Source: a bacterium (GTDB lineage Bacteria; Acidobacteriota; Blastocatellia; HR10). From it: a stretch of 17,976 nt of DNA. The translations under genes and the position numbers were made by a program. This document shows, piece after piece, positions 1 through 7,074 of this stretch (position 1 is its first letter; every line of letters starts with the position of its first letter). The notes beneath the pieces are model-generated. The model ran no database searches, had not been told where the DNA came from, and was given only the letters and a program-made list of their open reading frames with translations. The stretch is from the NCBI GenBank assembly GCA_041640655.1, contig JBEPZV010000046.1, positions 1 to 17,976 on the forward strand, given 5' to 3'.

Positions 1-895
1 GGTGAAACTGAAGAGCACCTACATTGATGCCCTTCCTCGACTCGTGAATCCGACGACTGGACGTGTGCATACGACGTTCAATCAGACGGGGACGGCGACG
101 GGGCGACTCTCCTCGGCCTCCCCCAACTTGCAGAACATCCCCGTGCGCACTCCCTTGGGCCGCCGGATTCGCCGCGCGTTCGTCGCCGAACCAGGATGGC
201 TCTTGCTCTCGGCCGATTACTCGCAAATCGAGCTGCGCATCCTGGCCCACATCACCGGCGATCCGGAGATGACCGAAGCCTTCCGGCGTGGTCTCGACAT
301 CCACGCGCATGTCGCCCGAACGGTCTTCGGCGCGCAGACGCCCGAACAAGAGCAGGAGCTGCGACGCTTAGCCAAGATCGTCAACTTCGGTATCGCCTAT
401 AGTATCGGCGCCTTCGGTCTGGCGCAACGCACAGGCCTCTCGCGCCGAGAAGCCCAACGCGTGATCGAGAACTACTATCGCACCTATCGCGGCGTGCGTC
501 GGTTCATGGACGAGACGCCCAAGCAAGCGCGGCGCACCGGATACGTGCGCACGCTCTTTGGGCGCATTCGACCGATCCCGGACATCGCCAACAAAAATCC
601 GAGCCTGCGCGCCCGCGCCGAGCGCGAGGCGATCAATGCGCCCATTCAGGGGACGGCGGCCGATCTGGTGAAGCTCGCTATGATCCGCGTCCACCATGCC
701 CTGCGCCGGCAAAACCTCAAGAGCCGCCTCTTGCTGCAGGTGCACGACGAGTTGCTGCTGGAGGTCCCGGAGGAGGAGCGGGAGATCGTCCCATCGCTCG
801 TCAAGCTGGAGATGGAGAATGTGCACCGCTTGAACGTCCCGCTCGTGGTCGAGATCGGCCTGGGGCGCAACTGGATGGATGCCAAGGGGGAATAG
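1..895 (+). CDS. polA: DNA polymerase I, C-terminal polymerase domain (5'-partial)
   Basis: Family A polymerase motifs TATGRLSS..PNLQNIP, ADYSQIELRILAH (motif A), R..AK.VNFGIAY (motif B), NAPIQGTAAD, LLQVHDEL (motif C); stop TAG 893-895; frame open to the window edge. Confidence 0.98.
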   Translation, partial: VKLKSTYIDALPRLVNPTTGRVHTTFNQTGTATGRLSSASPNLQNIPVRTPLGRRIRRAFVAEPGWLLLSADYSQIELRILAHITGDPEMTEAFRRGLDIHAHVARTVFGAQTPEQEQELRRLAKIVNFGIAYSIGAFGLAQRTGLSRREAQRVIENYYRTYRGVRRFMDETPKQARRTGYVRTLFGRIRPIPDIANKNPSLRARAEREAINAPIQGTAADLVKLAMIRVHHALRRQNLKSRLLLQVHDELLLEVPEEEREIVPSLVKLEMENVHRLNVPLVVEIGLGRNWMDAKGE

Positions 896-923
896 CCGAG
901 CTCCACTGACGAAGGCGAGGCGC

Positions 924-1401
924 TTATTCCGGAACCTCTGCCGAGATCAGTTCGATCCCCTCTGCGATCAACCGCGCGACGACCACAGGCGTGATGGAGG
1001 CGCAGGCGATGGCCAACCGCGGTCTCACGCCAAATCGGTGCTCGTAGTCTCGGGCAGCCATCTTCAACTTGTCAATGTCCTGCAGATGCGCCCGCGCCGT
1101 CACTTCCAGAATGACGTGCTCGGCATCGCGAATCACGACGTCCACCTGGCGTCCGGCCAATTCCATGGTCTGCACGCGCCCGGCCTTCAACCAGGCCTCG
1201 AGGGCCACCTGAAGCGAACGGCGAAGGACCTCTTCCGAGAGGATTCCAAACCGCGCGGTCCAAGATAGCGGTGAACTCCTCGCGTGTGGGGAGATAGGGA
1301 ACGAGCGTCCCGAGGAGAAGGGCGCGGCGCTCCTCATCCGTGCGTAAAAGCTCCGGCCGCTTCCTCTTCACCCACTCGATCAGCTTCTCGTCCTCCATCA
1401 T
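924..1401 (-). pseudogene. Frameshifted DUF3782-like / PD-(D/E)XK nuclease-fold protein
   Basis: GAGGTG then ATG ATG (1401/1398) directly after the malQ stop begins MEDEKLIEWVKRKRPELLRTDEERRALLLGTLVPYLPTREEFTAILD. Protein-like sequence continues in another frame from ~1257 as ARFGILSEEVLRR...VDVVIRDAEHVILEVTA...YEHRFGVRPRLAI...GIELI to TAA at 926-924. Family from recalled resemblance. Confidence 0.7.
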
Positions 1402-1405
1402 CACC

Positions 1406-2956
1406 TCAGCATTGGACCAAGTCCTTCGCCGGCGAACAATCGGGGAATCGGCCATAGAGCCACGTCAGCTCCCGCAATCGTTCGCGGATCTCCGGCGTCA
1501 ACATCTCGCGACGAAATCGCCAGCGCCAGTTCCCCGTCGGCCGCGCCGGGCGATTCATCCTCGCTTCGCTGCCCAATCCCAGCACATCCTGAAGAGGGAT
1601 GATCGCCAGATCGGCCACCGATCCGAGCGCGGCGCGGATGAAGGCCCAGTGCACGGGCCGATCATCGAGGTCGAGATATTTTCGCGCCAGCTCTCGCTCG
1701 CGCTGCGCCTGCTCCGGCGCGAGCGTGCTCTCCTCGCCACTCCACCATCCGAGGATCGTATTGTTATCATGCGTGCCCGTGTACACCACGAGCTCACGCT
1801 CATGATGATGCGGGAGAAACGAGGAGGTGCACGGATCGCCGCCGAATGCGAACTGGAGGACGGCCATGCCGGGGAATCCGAAGCGCGTGCGCAGGGCTTC
1901 GACGTCGGGCGTGATCACGCCGAGATTCTCCGCCACGATGGGCAACTCGCCCAACGCTTGTTCCAAGGCTTCGAAGAAGGCCTCGCCCGGTCCCTGCACC
2001 CACCGACCGCGAATGGCCGTCGGCTCCGTCGCCGGCACTTCCCAATACGCCTGGAATCCGCGGAAATGGTCGAGCCGAATGATGTCCACAAGCCGCAGCA
2101 TCCATCGCACCCGATCAATCCACCACGCGTATCCGGCGCGAGCCATGACGTCCCACCGATAGATCGGGTTCCCCCACAACTGTCCGGTCTCGCTGAAATA
2201 ATCCGGCGGGACTCCGGCGACGACCGTGGGGTTCCCGTTCTCATCCAGATGGAAGAGATCGCGATGCGCCCACACATCGGCGCTATCATGAGCGACGTAG
2301 ATCGGGAGATCGCCCATGATCCAAATACCGCGTCGCCGACAGTAAGCGCGCAGCGCCGCCCATTGGCGGAAGAACTGGAACTCCCAATACTTCCGCATGG
2401 TGATCTCATGGGCCAACCTCCGCCGCCACTGGTCCAAGGCCTGCGGGTCCCGATGAGCGATCGGCGGATCCCATTGCGTCCACACGGCTCCGTCATGCGC
2501 CGCCTTCACGGCCATGAAGAGGGCGTAGTCCTCGAGCCACCACGCGTTCTCCCGACAAAACATTTCGAACGCCTCTTGCTCTTCCGCCGACGCCCGCGTC
2601 AGAAACCGCTCGAAGGCTTGTCGCAAGCGCGCCAGCTTGAACGGGATCACGCGCTCGTACTCCACCGTTCCCTCGGGGAAGTCCACGCCCTCTGCTTCCT
2701 CCGGTGAGAGGAGCCCCTCCTCAACGAGCATCTCCAAACTGATCAACAAGGGATTGCCGGCGAAAGCGGAGAAGCATTGATAGGGGGAATCGCCATACCC
2801 CGTTGGGCCCAAGGGAAGGATCGCCCAGATGCGCTGACCGGTCTCGACCAGAAAGTCCACGAACCGATACGCCTCCGGGCCGAGATCACCAATCCCCCCT
2901 CGGCTCGGGAGCGAGGTGATATGCAGAAGAATGCCACTCGATCGCGGCCACCGCAT
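1406..2956 (-). CDS. malQ: 4-alpha-glucanotransferase (amylomaltase, GH77), 516 aa
   Basis: RSSGILLHITSLP N-terminus, GDSPYQ..SAFAGNP, GVPPDYFSETGQLWGNP, RLDHFRG, AENLG, YTGTHDN, RMNRP. Start placed at ATG 2956 (MRWPRSSG), not 3130. Confidence 0.96.
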   Translation of the reverse strand: MRWPRSSGILLHITSLPSRGGIGDLGPEAYRFVDFLVETGQRIWAILPLGPTGYGDSPYQCFSAFAGNPLLISLEMLVEEGLLSPEEAEGVDFPEGTVEYERVIPFKLARLRQAFERFLTRASAEEQEAFEMFCRENAWWLEDYALFMAVKAAHDGAVWTQWDPPIAHRDPQALDQWRRRLAHEITMRKYWEFQFFRQWAALRAYCRRRGIWIMGDLPIYVAHDSADVWAHRDLFHLDENGNPTVVAGVPPDYFSETGQLWGNPIYRWDVMARAGYAWWIDRVRWMLRLVDIIRLDHFRGFQAYWEVPATEPTAIRGRWVQGPGEAFFEALEQALGELPIVAENLGVITPDVEALRTRFGFPGMAVLQFAFGGDPCTSSFLPHHHERELVVYTGTHDNNTILGWWSGEESTLAPEQAQRERELARKYLDLDDRPVHWAFIRAALGSVADLAIIPLQDVLGLGSEARMNRPARPTGNWRWRFRREMLTPEIRERLRELTWLYGRFPDCSPAKDLVQC

Positions 2957-2964
2957 AGGGGAGA

Positions 2965-2994
2965 ATGGTACGGAGCGAAGCCCCCGGAGAACAA
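2965..2994 (-). promoter_or_regulatory. Putative sigma70 promoter of malQ (TTGTTC-N18-TACCAT), 8 nt from the ATG; likely leaderless or near-leaderless
   Basis: Minus strand reads TTGTTC (2994-2989), 18 nt, TACCAT (2970-2965), TCTCCCCT, ATG; no Shine-Dalgarno. Confidence 0.5.
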
Positions 2995-3104
2995 GCGGGG
3001 ACTCAAGTCCTTCGGCGATCCCCATCGCGCGCGACCGAACGCCTCGCCTCCTCCACAGGGCGCTCGCGCCGCCCTGAGGGATCGCCTTGAAGCCACGGGT
3101 CTCG

Positions 3105-3133
3105 TTGAGTTTCACTGCGAAAGCTGTCATCCT
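3105..3133 (+). promoter_or_regulatory. Possible promoter of the redoxin-DUF488 unit (TTGAGT-N17-CATCCT with TG extension)
   Basis: TTGAGT 3105-3110, TG 3125-3126, CATCCT 3128-3133; the -10 match is imperfect. Confidence 0.3.
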
Positions 3134-3171
3134 GTTGCAGGAACGCTATGGAGCGAACCGAGAGAAACGCG

Positions 3172-3663
3172 ATGTCGCATCCCCATCCGGGCGAGCTGCT
3201 GCCGGATGTCACGTTGGTGACAGCGGCGGGACAGCCTGTGAGGATTTCGGATTATCGCGGGCAGCGGGCGCTCGTCCTCCTCTTCCTCGGAGAGCGCCAC
3301 GATGCCGCGCTCATCGAACTCCTCCGGGCACTGGCCGATCGTTATGCGGAGATCCATCGAGAGGAAGCGGAGGTCCTGGTGATCGCCCCCGATGCGCGCA
3401 CAGCGGCGGAAGCGATCGCACGAGCGCCGCGCGCTCTCCCCTCTCTCTTCCCCGTCCTCGTGGATGAAACCGGACGCGCGCATCGCGCATATGGAGTCGC
3501 GACAAGCGGAGCGCTCTATATCGCCGACCGATATGGCGAAATCTATTTCGCCCGCGTGATCACGGAGGGGGGCGAGCTGCCCTCCGTGGAGCATATCCTC
3601 TCGTGGGTCCGCTTCACGGAAGCCCAATGTCCGGAGTGAGGGGTTGCGGAATGGCCGGCGTAG
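3172..3663 (+). CDS. Redoxin/AhpC-TSA-like thioredoxin-fold protein; candidate selenoprotein with C-terminal CxxU (in-frame TGA 3637-3639)
   Basis: PGELLPDVTL...GQPVRISDYRGQRALVLLF...FPVLVDETG...YGV...LYIADRYGEI is the Prx/redoxin scaffold. It ends QCPE-TGA-GVAEWPA-TAG with a downstream hairpin. Alternative start ATG 3148. If TGA is a true stop, the CDS ends at 3639. Confidence 0.8.
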
Positions 3664-3676
3664 CCGGGGGCTACGC
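3658..3676 (+). promoter_or_regulatory. Candidate bacterial SECIS hairpin
   Basis: GCGTAGC(C)-GGG-(G)GCTACGC, a perfect 7-8 bp stem with a G-rich loop starting about 26 nt after the TGA. Confidence 0.55.
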
Positions 3677-3685
3677 GAAGATCGG

Positions 3686-4075
3686 ATGAGCCAGAGATCA
3701 GCACCGGAGATTCGCCTCAAGCGCGTGTACGATCCGCCCGATCCTGGCGATGGGCGTCGGTTTCTCGTCGAACGCCTCTGGCCACGCGGGATGAAGAAGG
3801 CCGCACTGCCGATGGACGGGTGGCTGAAAGAGGTCGCGCCCAGCGAAGCGCTGCGCCGATGGTTCGCTCACGATCCCAAGAAGTGGGAAGAATTCCAACG
3901 TCGCTACTTCGCCGAATTAGACCGCAAGCCGGAGGCGTGGAAGCCGCTGCTAGAGGCCGCGCGCCAGGGGACGATCACGTTGCTCTTCAGCGCTCGCGAT
4001 TTGGAGCACAATAGTGCCGTCGCCCTCCGCGTGTACCTGGAAGCGAAGCTCAGGGCGACCAAGGGCTCGGCCTAA
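3686..4075 (+). CDS. DUF488 family protein (YeaO-like)
   Basis: IRLKRVYDP...DGRRFLVERLWPRGMKK...WLKEVAPSEALRRWFAHDP..WEEFQRRYFAEL...ITLLFSARD.EHN.AVAL; start at ATG 3686. Confidence 0.93.
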   Translation: MSQRSAPEIRLKRVYDPPDPGDGRRFLVERLWPRGMKKAALPMDGWLKEVAPSEALRRWFAHDPKKWEEFQRRYFAELDRKPEAWKPLLEAARQGTITLLFSARDLEHNSAVALRVYLEAKLRATKGSA

Positions 4076-4170
4076 GAGATCGTCTCCGGTTTCTCCTTGA
4101 AGCGAGATGCTCCCTCCCCCCGCTCCCCAAGAGCGAAGGAGCGAGGCCTCGCCTCCTCCCTCCGCTTGAC

Positions 4171-4200
4171 GTGACGAGAGCCAAGGCAGGCGGGTATATT
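4171..4200 (+). promoter_or_regulatory. Putative promoter for the amidohydrolase (GTGACG-N18-TATATT)
   Basis: TATATT 4195-4200 is the AT-rich patch in this GC-rich spacer; strong SD GAGGAGGTGA at 4229-4238 downstream. Confidence 0.4.
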
Positions 4201-4241
4201 TTCTCCCCGTGAGTCACAATCCCGAACCGAGGAGGTGAGCG

Positions 4242-5837
4242 ATGCGAATCCGAAAATGGGCGCTTCTGATTCTGAGCGTGATCCTCATCTGGCCGACCGC
4301 GTGGGCGACCGCCCCGGCCTACGACCTGGTGATCACAAATGGACGCATTGTGGATGGGACGGGGAATCCCTGGTTCATCGCGGACATTGGGATTCGAGAT
4401 GGACGAATCGCCGCGATCGGACGGATCCCCGCGGAGGAAGCCGCTCGCGTGCTGGACGCGCGAGGGTTCATCGTCGCGCCCGGGTTCATTGACGTGCACA
4501 CGCACGTGGAGGGGGGGATCCTGCGCCGACCGACGGCGGAGAACTTCCTGCGCATGGGCGTGACCACCGTTGTGACGGGCAATTGCGGAGGCTCCTGGCT
4601 CCCGATCGGAGACGCGCTGCGCCGATTGGAGGACCAGGGTCTCTCGATCAACCTGGCGACGCTCATCGGCCACAACACGGTTCGCCGCGCCGTGATGGGG
4701 GAAGAGGCGCGTCAGCCGACCCCCGAAGAGCTGGAGCGGATGAAGCATCTGGTCGAGCAAGCGATGCGGGAGGGCGCCGTCGGCCTCTCCACCGGACTCA
4801 TTTACATCCCGGGGACGTACGCGAAGACCGAGGAGATCATCGAGCTGGCGCGCGTCGTCGCCCAATATGGAGGCATCTACGCCAGCCACATTCGCGATGA
4901 GGGCAACGGCGTCCTGGACGCGATTCGCGAGGCGATCACCATCGGCGAGCGCGCGGGCGTGCCCGTGCAGATCTCCCACTTCAAGGTCTCGAGCAAGAAG
5001 CTCTGGGGGGAGAGCCGTCGCACCGTCCAACTGGTCCAAGAGGCCCGCGCTCGTGGCCTTCCCGTGACCGTGGACCAGTACGTCTACCCGGCCTCCAGCA
5101 CAGGCTTGGAGACGCTCCTGCCAAGCTGGGTGCATGATGGTGGTCGCGCGAAAGCCGTCGAACGGCTCCGCGATCCAAATCTGCGCGCGCGCATCAAGCG
5201 GGAGATGATCCGCAACATCCGCGAGCAGGGATTCAAAGACTATTCCTACGCCTACGTCGCCCAGTATCGCCCGGACCCGAGCTTCAACGGCAAAAACATC
5301 GCCGAGATCACGCGGCTCGTCCGACGGAAAGCGAGCGTCGAGGAGCAAGCCGAACAAATCATCGAGATGTTCCTCGCCAGCGAAGGGCGCGTGCAGATGG
5401 TCTATCACAAGATGCACGAACGCGACATCGCGCACATCCTGCGGCAACCCTTCACCATGATCGCCTCAGATGCGGGCGTTCTGGAACCGGGACAGGGCGT
5501 GCCGCATCCCCGAGGCTACGGAAACAATGCCCGCGTCTTCAGTCGGTATGTGCGCGAGAGCGCCCTCCTCTCCTGGGAGGAAGCCATTCGGAAGATGACG
5601 AGCCTCCCGGCGCAGGTCTTCGGCTTCTGGGATCGCGGGATGATCCGACCGGGAATGGCCGCCGATCTGGTCATCTTCGATCCCGAACGGGTCGGAGATC
5701 GGGCGACGTTCGAAAACCCCCATCAATATGCTGAAGGGATTCGCCATGTGCTCGTCAACGGAGTCCTCGTCATTCAAGATGGGGAGCACACGGGAGCCCG
5801 CCCGGGACGCGTCCTCTACGGGCCGGGGAAGAGGTGA
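4242..5837 (+). CDS. N-acyl-D-amino-acid deacylase (D-aminoacylase) family amidohydrolase with signal peptide
   Basis: PGFIDVHTH, GNCG, SHIRDE, ISHFK, IASD, PHPRGYG, KMTSLPA, ADLVIFDP. N-terminus MRIRKWALLILSVILIWPTAWA resembles a Sec signal ending in AxA; strong SD. Confidence 0.93.
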   Translation: MRIRKWALLILSVILIWPTAWATAPAYDLVITNGRIVDGTGNPWFIADIGIRDGRIAAIGRIPAEEAARVLDARGFIVAPGFIDVHTHVEGGILRRPTAENFLRMGVTTVVTGNCGGSWLPIGDALRRLEDQGLSINLATLIGHNTVRRAVMGEEARQPTPEELERMKHLVEQAMREGAVGLSTGLIYIPGTYAKTEEIIELARVVAQYGGIYASHIRDEGNGVLDAIREAITIGERAGVPVQISHFKVSSKKLWGESRRTVQLVQEARARGLPVTVDQYVYPASSTGLETLLPSWVHDGGRAKAVERLRDPNLRARIKREMIRNIREQGFKDYSYAYVAQYRPDPSFNGKNIAEITRLVRRKASVEEQAEQIIEMFLASEGRVQMVYHKMHERDIAHILRQPFTMIASDAGVLEPGQGVPHPRGYGNNARVFSRYVRESALLSWEEAIRKMTSLPAQVFGFWDRGMIRPGMAADLVIFDPERVGDRATFENPHQYAEGIRHVLVNGVLVIQDGEHTGARPGRVLYGPGKR

Positions 5838-5919
5838 GGACCGGCCATGCTGGCGGATCAGGCCCTGAGCCGATCGCACGACCGGTGCTGAAACGAGCGC
5901 GAGCGCTCCCCTCGGGCTC

Positions 5920-5959
5920 CGGCGTTTGCCTCGTGAAAATCCGGCGAACGCCGTATTGT
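5920..5959 (+). terminator. Possible intrinsic terminator hairpin after the amidohydrolase
   Basis: CGGCGTTTGCC (5920-5930) pairs with GGCGAACGCCG (5943-5953), one G-U, 12-nt loop; tail TATTGT is weak. Confidence 0.35.
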
Positions 5960-6051
5960 CCGAACTGCCCGGGTCTCCAAAAATATCGGAGGCTGTGTCA
6001 TGCCCTCACGAAGGGAGGGCGAAGTGATGACTCTATGCGGATGGGGACTCA

Positions 6052-7074
6052 GTGCTCGGCGGAAACGGGAAGGGAGTGGGGTTCGCTCGCTGGTGCTCAT
6101 CGTTCAAACAGGTCCTTCCGCGCGTGGTGATAACCGGCGCGCTCGCGCTCGCCCTGTTGAGCGGGAGTTGCGGGAGACCATCTCCGGGGCCGATCCGCAT
6201 CGGATATAGTCCCTTCCCCGGACACGGGTTCCTCAGCCTCGCGGAGCACAAGGGGTTCTTTCGAGAAGAAGGGGTAGCGGTGGAGCTGCGAGAATTCAGC
6301 GCGTTTCCGGCAGCCGCCCAGGCCTATGAGGCCCATCGGCTCGACGCCTTAGCCAGCAGCCTGAGCGGCTTCCTGCAACTGGCGCAGAGGGTGAAGACCG
6401 CTAAGGGCGTCGCCGTGCTCGCCTACTCTGAGGGCGCTGAGGGTCTCATCGCCCAGCCTGAGATCCGGACGATTCACGAGCTGCGAGGGAAGCGGGTGGG
6501 CATCAGCCCTTGGGGCGTCGGGAGCTATCTGTGGGCGCGCTTGCGCGAACGCACGGGCTTGAGGGAGGAGGAGGTCACCGTGGTGAACCTCTCCGCCCAA
6601 GATGGCCAACAGGCCTTCCTGCGACGCGAGATCGAGGCGTGGCTGACCTTCGAGCCCTGGTTGACGCCAGCGGTTCGTCGTACGGGCGCGAACATTCTCT
6701 TCTCGAGCCGCGAGCTTCCGGGGGAAATCGCCGACGTGCTCTCAATCCAGGAATCGTTGCTGCAGGAACGCCGCGAGGAATGCCGACGGTTGCTTCGCGC
6801 CTACTTCCGCGCTGTGGCGTATGGCCGCACGCATCCGGAGGAGGCGGCGCGCTTCTTCGCCGAACGCTCGCGCGTCTCGATCGAAGAGGCGAAGGCGATG
6901 TTGGCCGGGATTCGATTCCTCGACCGAGAGGAGAATCTCCGCGCGCTCGACACGCCGGCCGGACGCGCCGCGCTCGAGCAGCTCATCGAACGCCACCGCC
7001 GAGTGAATATCATTCGCGAGGTCGAAGGGGTCTCTCAGCTCTTCGACGTCGCGCTGATCCGGGAACTCCCATGA
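6052..7074 (+). CDS. SsuA/THI5(NMT1)-like periplasmic substrate-binding protein, probable lipoprotein; start uncertain (GTG 6052, 6076 or 6124)
   Basis: Hydrophobic leader ending LLSGSC, then IRIGYSPFPG..FLSLAEHKGFFREEGV.VEL, YSEGAEGL, I.ELRGKRVG, TFEPWL, SSRELPGEIADVL; its stop overlaps the next ATG (ATGA 7071-7074). Confidence 0.88.
   Translation: MLGGNGKGVGFARWCSSFKQVLPRVVITGALALALLSGSCGRPSPGPIRIGYSPFPGHGFLSLAEHKGFFREEGVAVELREFSAFPAAAQAYEAHRLDALASSLSGFLQLAQRVKTAKGVAVLAYSEGAEGLIAQPEIRTIHELRGKRVGISPWGVGSYLWARLRERTGLREEEVTVVNLSAQDGQQAFLRREIEAWLTFEPWLTPAVRRTGANILFSSRELPGEIADVLSIQESLLQERREECRRLLRAYFRAVAYGRTHPEEAARFFAERSRVSIEEAKAMLAGIRFLDREENLRALDTPAGRAALEQLIERHRRVNIIREVEGVSQLFDVALIRELP

Noticed and set aside
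1250..1265. Programmed ribosomal frameshift in the DUF3782-like gene
   Set aside because: No slippery heptamer or homopolymer at the junction; a deletion or assembly artefact is simpler.
1406..1411. malQ ends in Cys-TGA, a possible second Sec site
   Set aside because: GH77 has no redox tail, and the TGA overlaps the next gene's GAGGTG RBS, so it is an ordinary stop.
1340..2707. 455-aa plus-strand ORF antisense to malQ
   Set aside because: Shadow ORF typical of high-GC DNA; no recognisable motifs, and the opposite strand is a clear gene.
2957..3130. 58-aa N-terminal extension of malQ
   Set aside because: GH77 similarity begins at MRWPRSSG, and promoter-like elements lie in this stretch.
6510..7070. 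187-aa N-terminal extension of the hybrid kinase
   Set aside because: It overlaps the binding-protein gene out of frame and is Arg/Gly-rich; ATG 7071 in an ATGA overlap precedes the first TM helix.
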